Shown here piece by piece: positions 10,685 to 12,394 of a DNA stretch of 12,394 nt. The position numbers were made by a program, and so were the translations under genes. How positions within the stretch are numbered: the first letter of the stretch is position 1; every line of letters begins with the position of its first letter. Under the pieces are notes generated by a model. The model was given only the letters and a program-made list of their open reading frames with translations, did not search any database and had not been told where the DNA came from. Origin of the DNA: Ascoidea asiatica JCM 7603 (Eukaryota > Fungi > Ascomycota); the NCBI GenBank assembly GCA_001600695.1, contig BCKQ01000001.1:1945095-1957488 (forward strand), written 5' to 3'.

Positions 10685-11270
10685 GCGTCTATCCGGATAG
10701 ATGTTAAATCAGCAAGGCCAAGCGGATCCAGGCAGGGACGCCTTCTGGATGGTTAGATTGACTAAGCCTAGTTTCATGCGAGATAAGGTATAATTCTCAA
10801 CTACGTATACCGAATTGTCTCGGTGTAAACGGGAGACTAGTCGAGCTACTCCCCTAAGAATCTATTCCGAGTACGGCTTCAGGATTAAAGATTATTCCGG
10901 GCAATTAGTTTGGTTGTCTACCCCACAGGAAAGTGGGATGATTGGTTTTACTATGGTAAAATTGAAATGTGCATTTCAATTGATTTCTAATCAGTTTTTC
11001 AACCCTTTATACATAGTAAACGTGATTCCCGGCCTGATTCTACACAGGGATCCTGGGAGTTTAGGGCATTCCCGAGAATTCTCGATAGTTCTGCGGGACC
11101 CCGTAGGAATCCAGTACCAATATAAAAGGAATCGATTTCCTCTTATTTTTTTATATAATTTATTTAGTTTTATTTTTAGCTCATCGATTAGCAGGAGTTA
11201 ATTGACTAATACATAGTTACTAAATACGTAAAATTTATATATTCGATTTTGTAAAATGAATGAAAATTCA
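10685..11270 (-). pseudogene. Crypton-type YR pseudogene, copy B (5' half), interrupted at 10685 by the copia LTR
   Basis: One minus frame reads IDSFYIGTGFLRGPAE (R 11103-11101) ... LLCIKG*KTD* (10998-10987) ... FPVG (10932-10921), matching the LRG / KTNQ / CPVG motifs. The DNA is colinear with 1-183 and ~1225-1801, with shared islands cggatccaggcag, gagataaggt, ccgaattgtct and ggattaaa. Confidence 0.75.
11253..11270. repeat. Conserved unit-junction motif (A|B): AAAA TGAAT GAAA ATTCA
   Basis: Same 18-mer, located where copy A's recognisable coding sequence stops. Confidence 0.85.
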
Positions 11271-12394
11271 CAACGCCCATAACAGATGCTTTTGGCCTAG
11301 GTAGGAATAAAGATTCATCTGAAGCAACGCATTGATGGCATATGCAAATGACCAATTGTATTGCTGCAAATAATTTTTTTCCAGCGCCTCGGGATTCCAA
11401 CCACCCTGCTTATGGACTTCTTCCTTTGAGAGCCCCAATAAATTTAGCTTGTTGAGCACCATTTTTCCGGCCAGCATGAGTCTTTCATATAAATTCAATA
11501 TTGGTATATTGACCCCCCCCCCCCGGATCATACAACAATAAACTGCCTATTGTAGGATATTGATTTATCTCTCAAAGCACCACTTATCAATTTTGTTTTA
11601 CAGAACTGCTCTTTATCGATTAAACATGAAATCAGTTCAGGATTGGATTTTGAAAGCATCTGAAATATAAGTCCATAGGTATGCCAACAATAAACCATGT
11701 ATAACGTTTTTATTTTTTACAACAGCAGTCTTTCTTGACTGGATTGTTGGTTTTCATTTTCGGAAACTGAATAACAATATATGAATCTCGTCGGATCTTT
11801 CGAATCTGTCTAGATCAGAGACTTTATTGTTCTCTAAGTAAAAAATGTTTAACAATCCCTTCTCATCCCCCCTGATCAAGGAGAACTCTCCTAATTGAAA
11901 AGAATTAATTGAGCGCAAATTTACCAAAATATTGTTTTCATTTATGGCACCAAAACACATTCGAAGATTTTAGTAAATTTACTAAAACCATATGTCTCAG
12001 TTTCTTCATCTAACCCACAGTGTTTATTGTTTCAATAATACTCTGATTCTTGATTTATTCTTTTTAGTTCTAGAAATGAAAAAGTTTTTTGGTTTTCTTC
12101 CGGTGGAAGGGCAATTTGGTTTTCAGTTGGGTAAAATTCGAAAAGAGAAATAGCGGTATTTTTTAGTAGTCCATGTCGTATTGGCAGGGTTTTCTCATCA
12201 TATTCGATTACAGGGTTGGTAGCAATTACTGTTTCTAAATATGTTACAATTTTGGGACCAGGTATTTCATAGTTATCTTCACAGTGAATTAAAAGGTGTT
12301 TCATACTTAATATGAAAACGGTTGGAGCACTTGGTTTTTGTTTACTTGCATAAAATCCAAATAGTTTCAAAACAATAGTTGGTAATTTGGTAGC
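11271..12394 (-). pseudogene. Crypton-type tyrosine recombinase (Ndc10 domain II-like) pseudogene, copy A; 5' end outside the window, 3' end cut off by copy B
   Basis: Joining minus frames gives the Crypton/YR motifs in the correct order: N-terminal HCEDNYEIPGPKIVTYLE (ORF 12032-12370); LRSINSFQLGEFSLIRGDE (catalytic R, 11873-11871); MKTN (11757-11746); KTKLISG..KSISYNRQ; KTHAGRK (HxxR, 11478-11467); LSKEEVHKQGGW (W 11399-11397); ALEKNYL (catalytic Y 11372-11370); ESLFLPR. Several frameshifts and stops are present. Confidence 0.88.
11513..11524 (+). repeat. C12 homopolymer inside Crypton copy A
   Basis: 12 consecutive C between the ISYNRQ and KTHAGR blocks, near a frame change. Confidence 0.9.

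Noticed and set aside
10815-11201. 128-aa + strand ORF as a real gene
   Set aside because: It is the antisense shadow of Crypton copy B. The homologous + frames in D and E are broken, while the YR motifs lie on the minus strand.
166-11270. CRISPR-like array from the 18-bp repeats
   Set aside because: There are only three copies, kilobases apart, with no short spacers or cas genes, in a eukaryotic context.

Overview
This is a eukaryotic, probably fungal, region of decayed transposons with no clearly intact host gene. All assignments come from hand translation and motif recognition, not database searches. The backbone is a minus-strand, head-to-tail series of degenerate Crypton-type tyrosine recombinase (YR) genes (Ndc10-domain-II-like catalytic domain plus a GCR1_C-like C-terminus). 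The pieces are A (12394->11271), B (11270->10685), C (2876->1802, probably the second half of B), D (1801->184) and E (183->beyond the left edge). B, D and E all start at the same nearly invariant 18-bp hairpin-containing junction (AAAA-TGAAT-GANA-ATTCA on +), and B appears to cut into the ORF of A. B/C is split by a ~7.8-kb block containing a decayed Ty1/copia retrotransposon (Gag zinc knuckle-PR-IN-RT-RH, then a PPT and 3' LTR at 10243-10684), an AT-rich island with an orphan ORF (5704-6201), and a probable Ty3/gypsy gag remnant. The most notable feature is the apparently site-specific, self-stacking array of YR elements.
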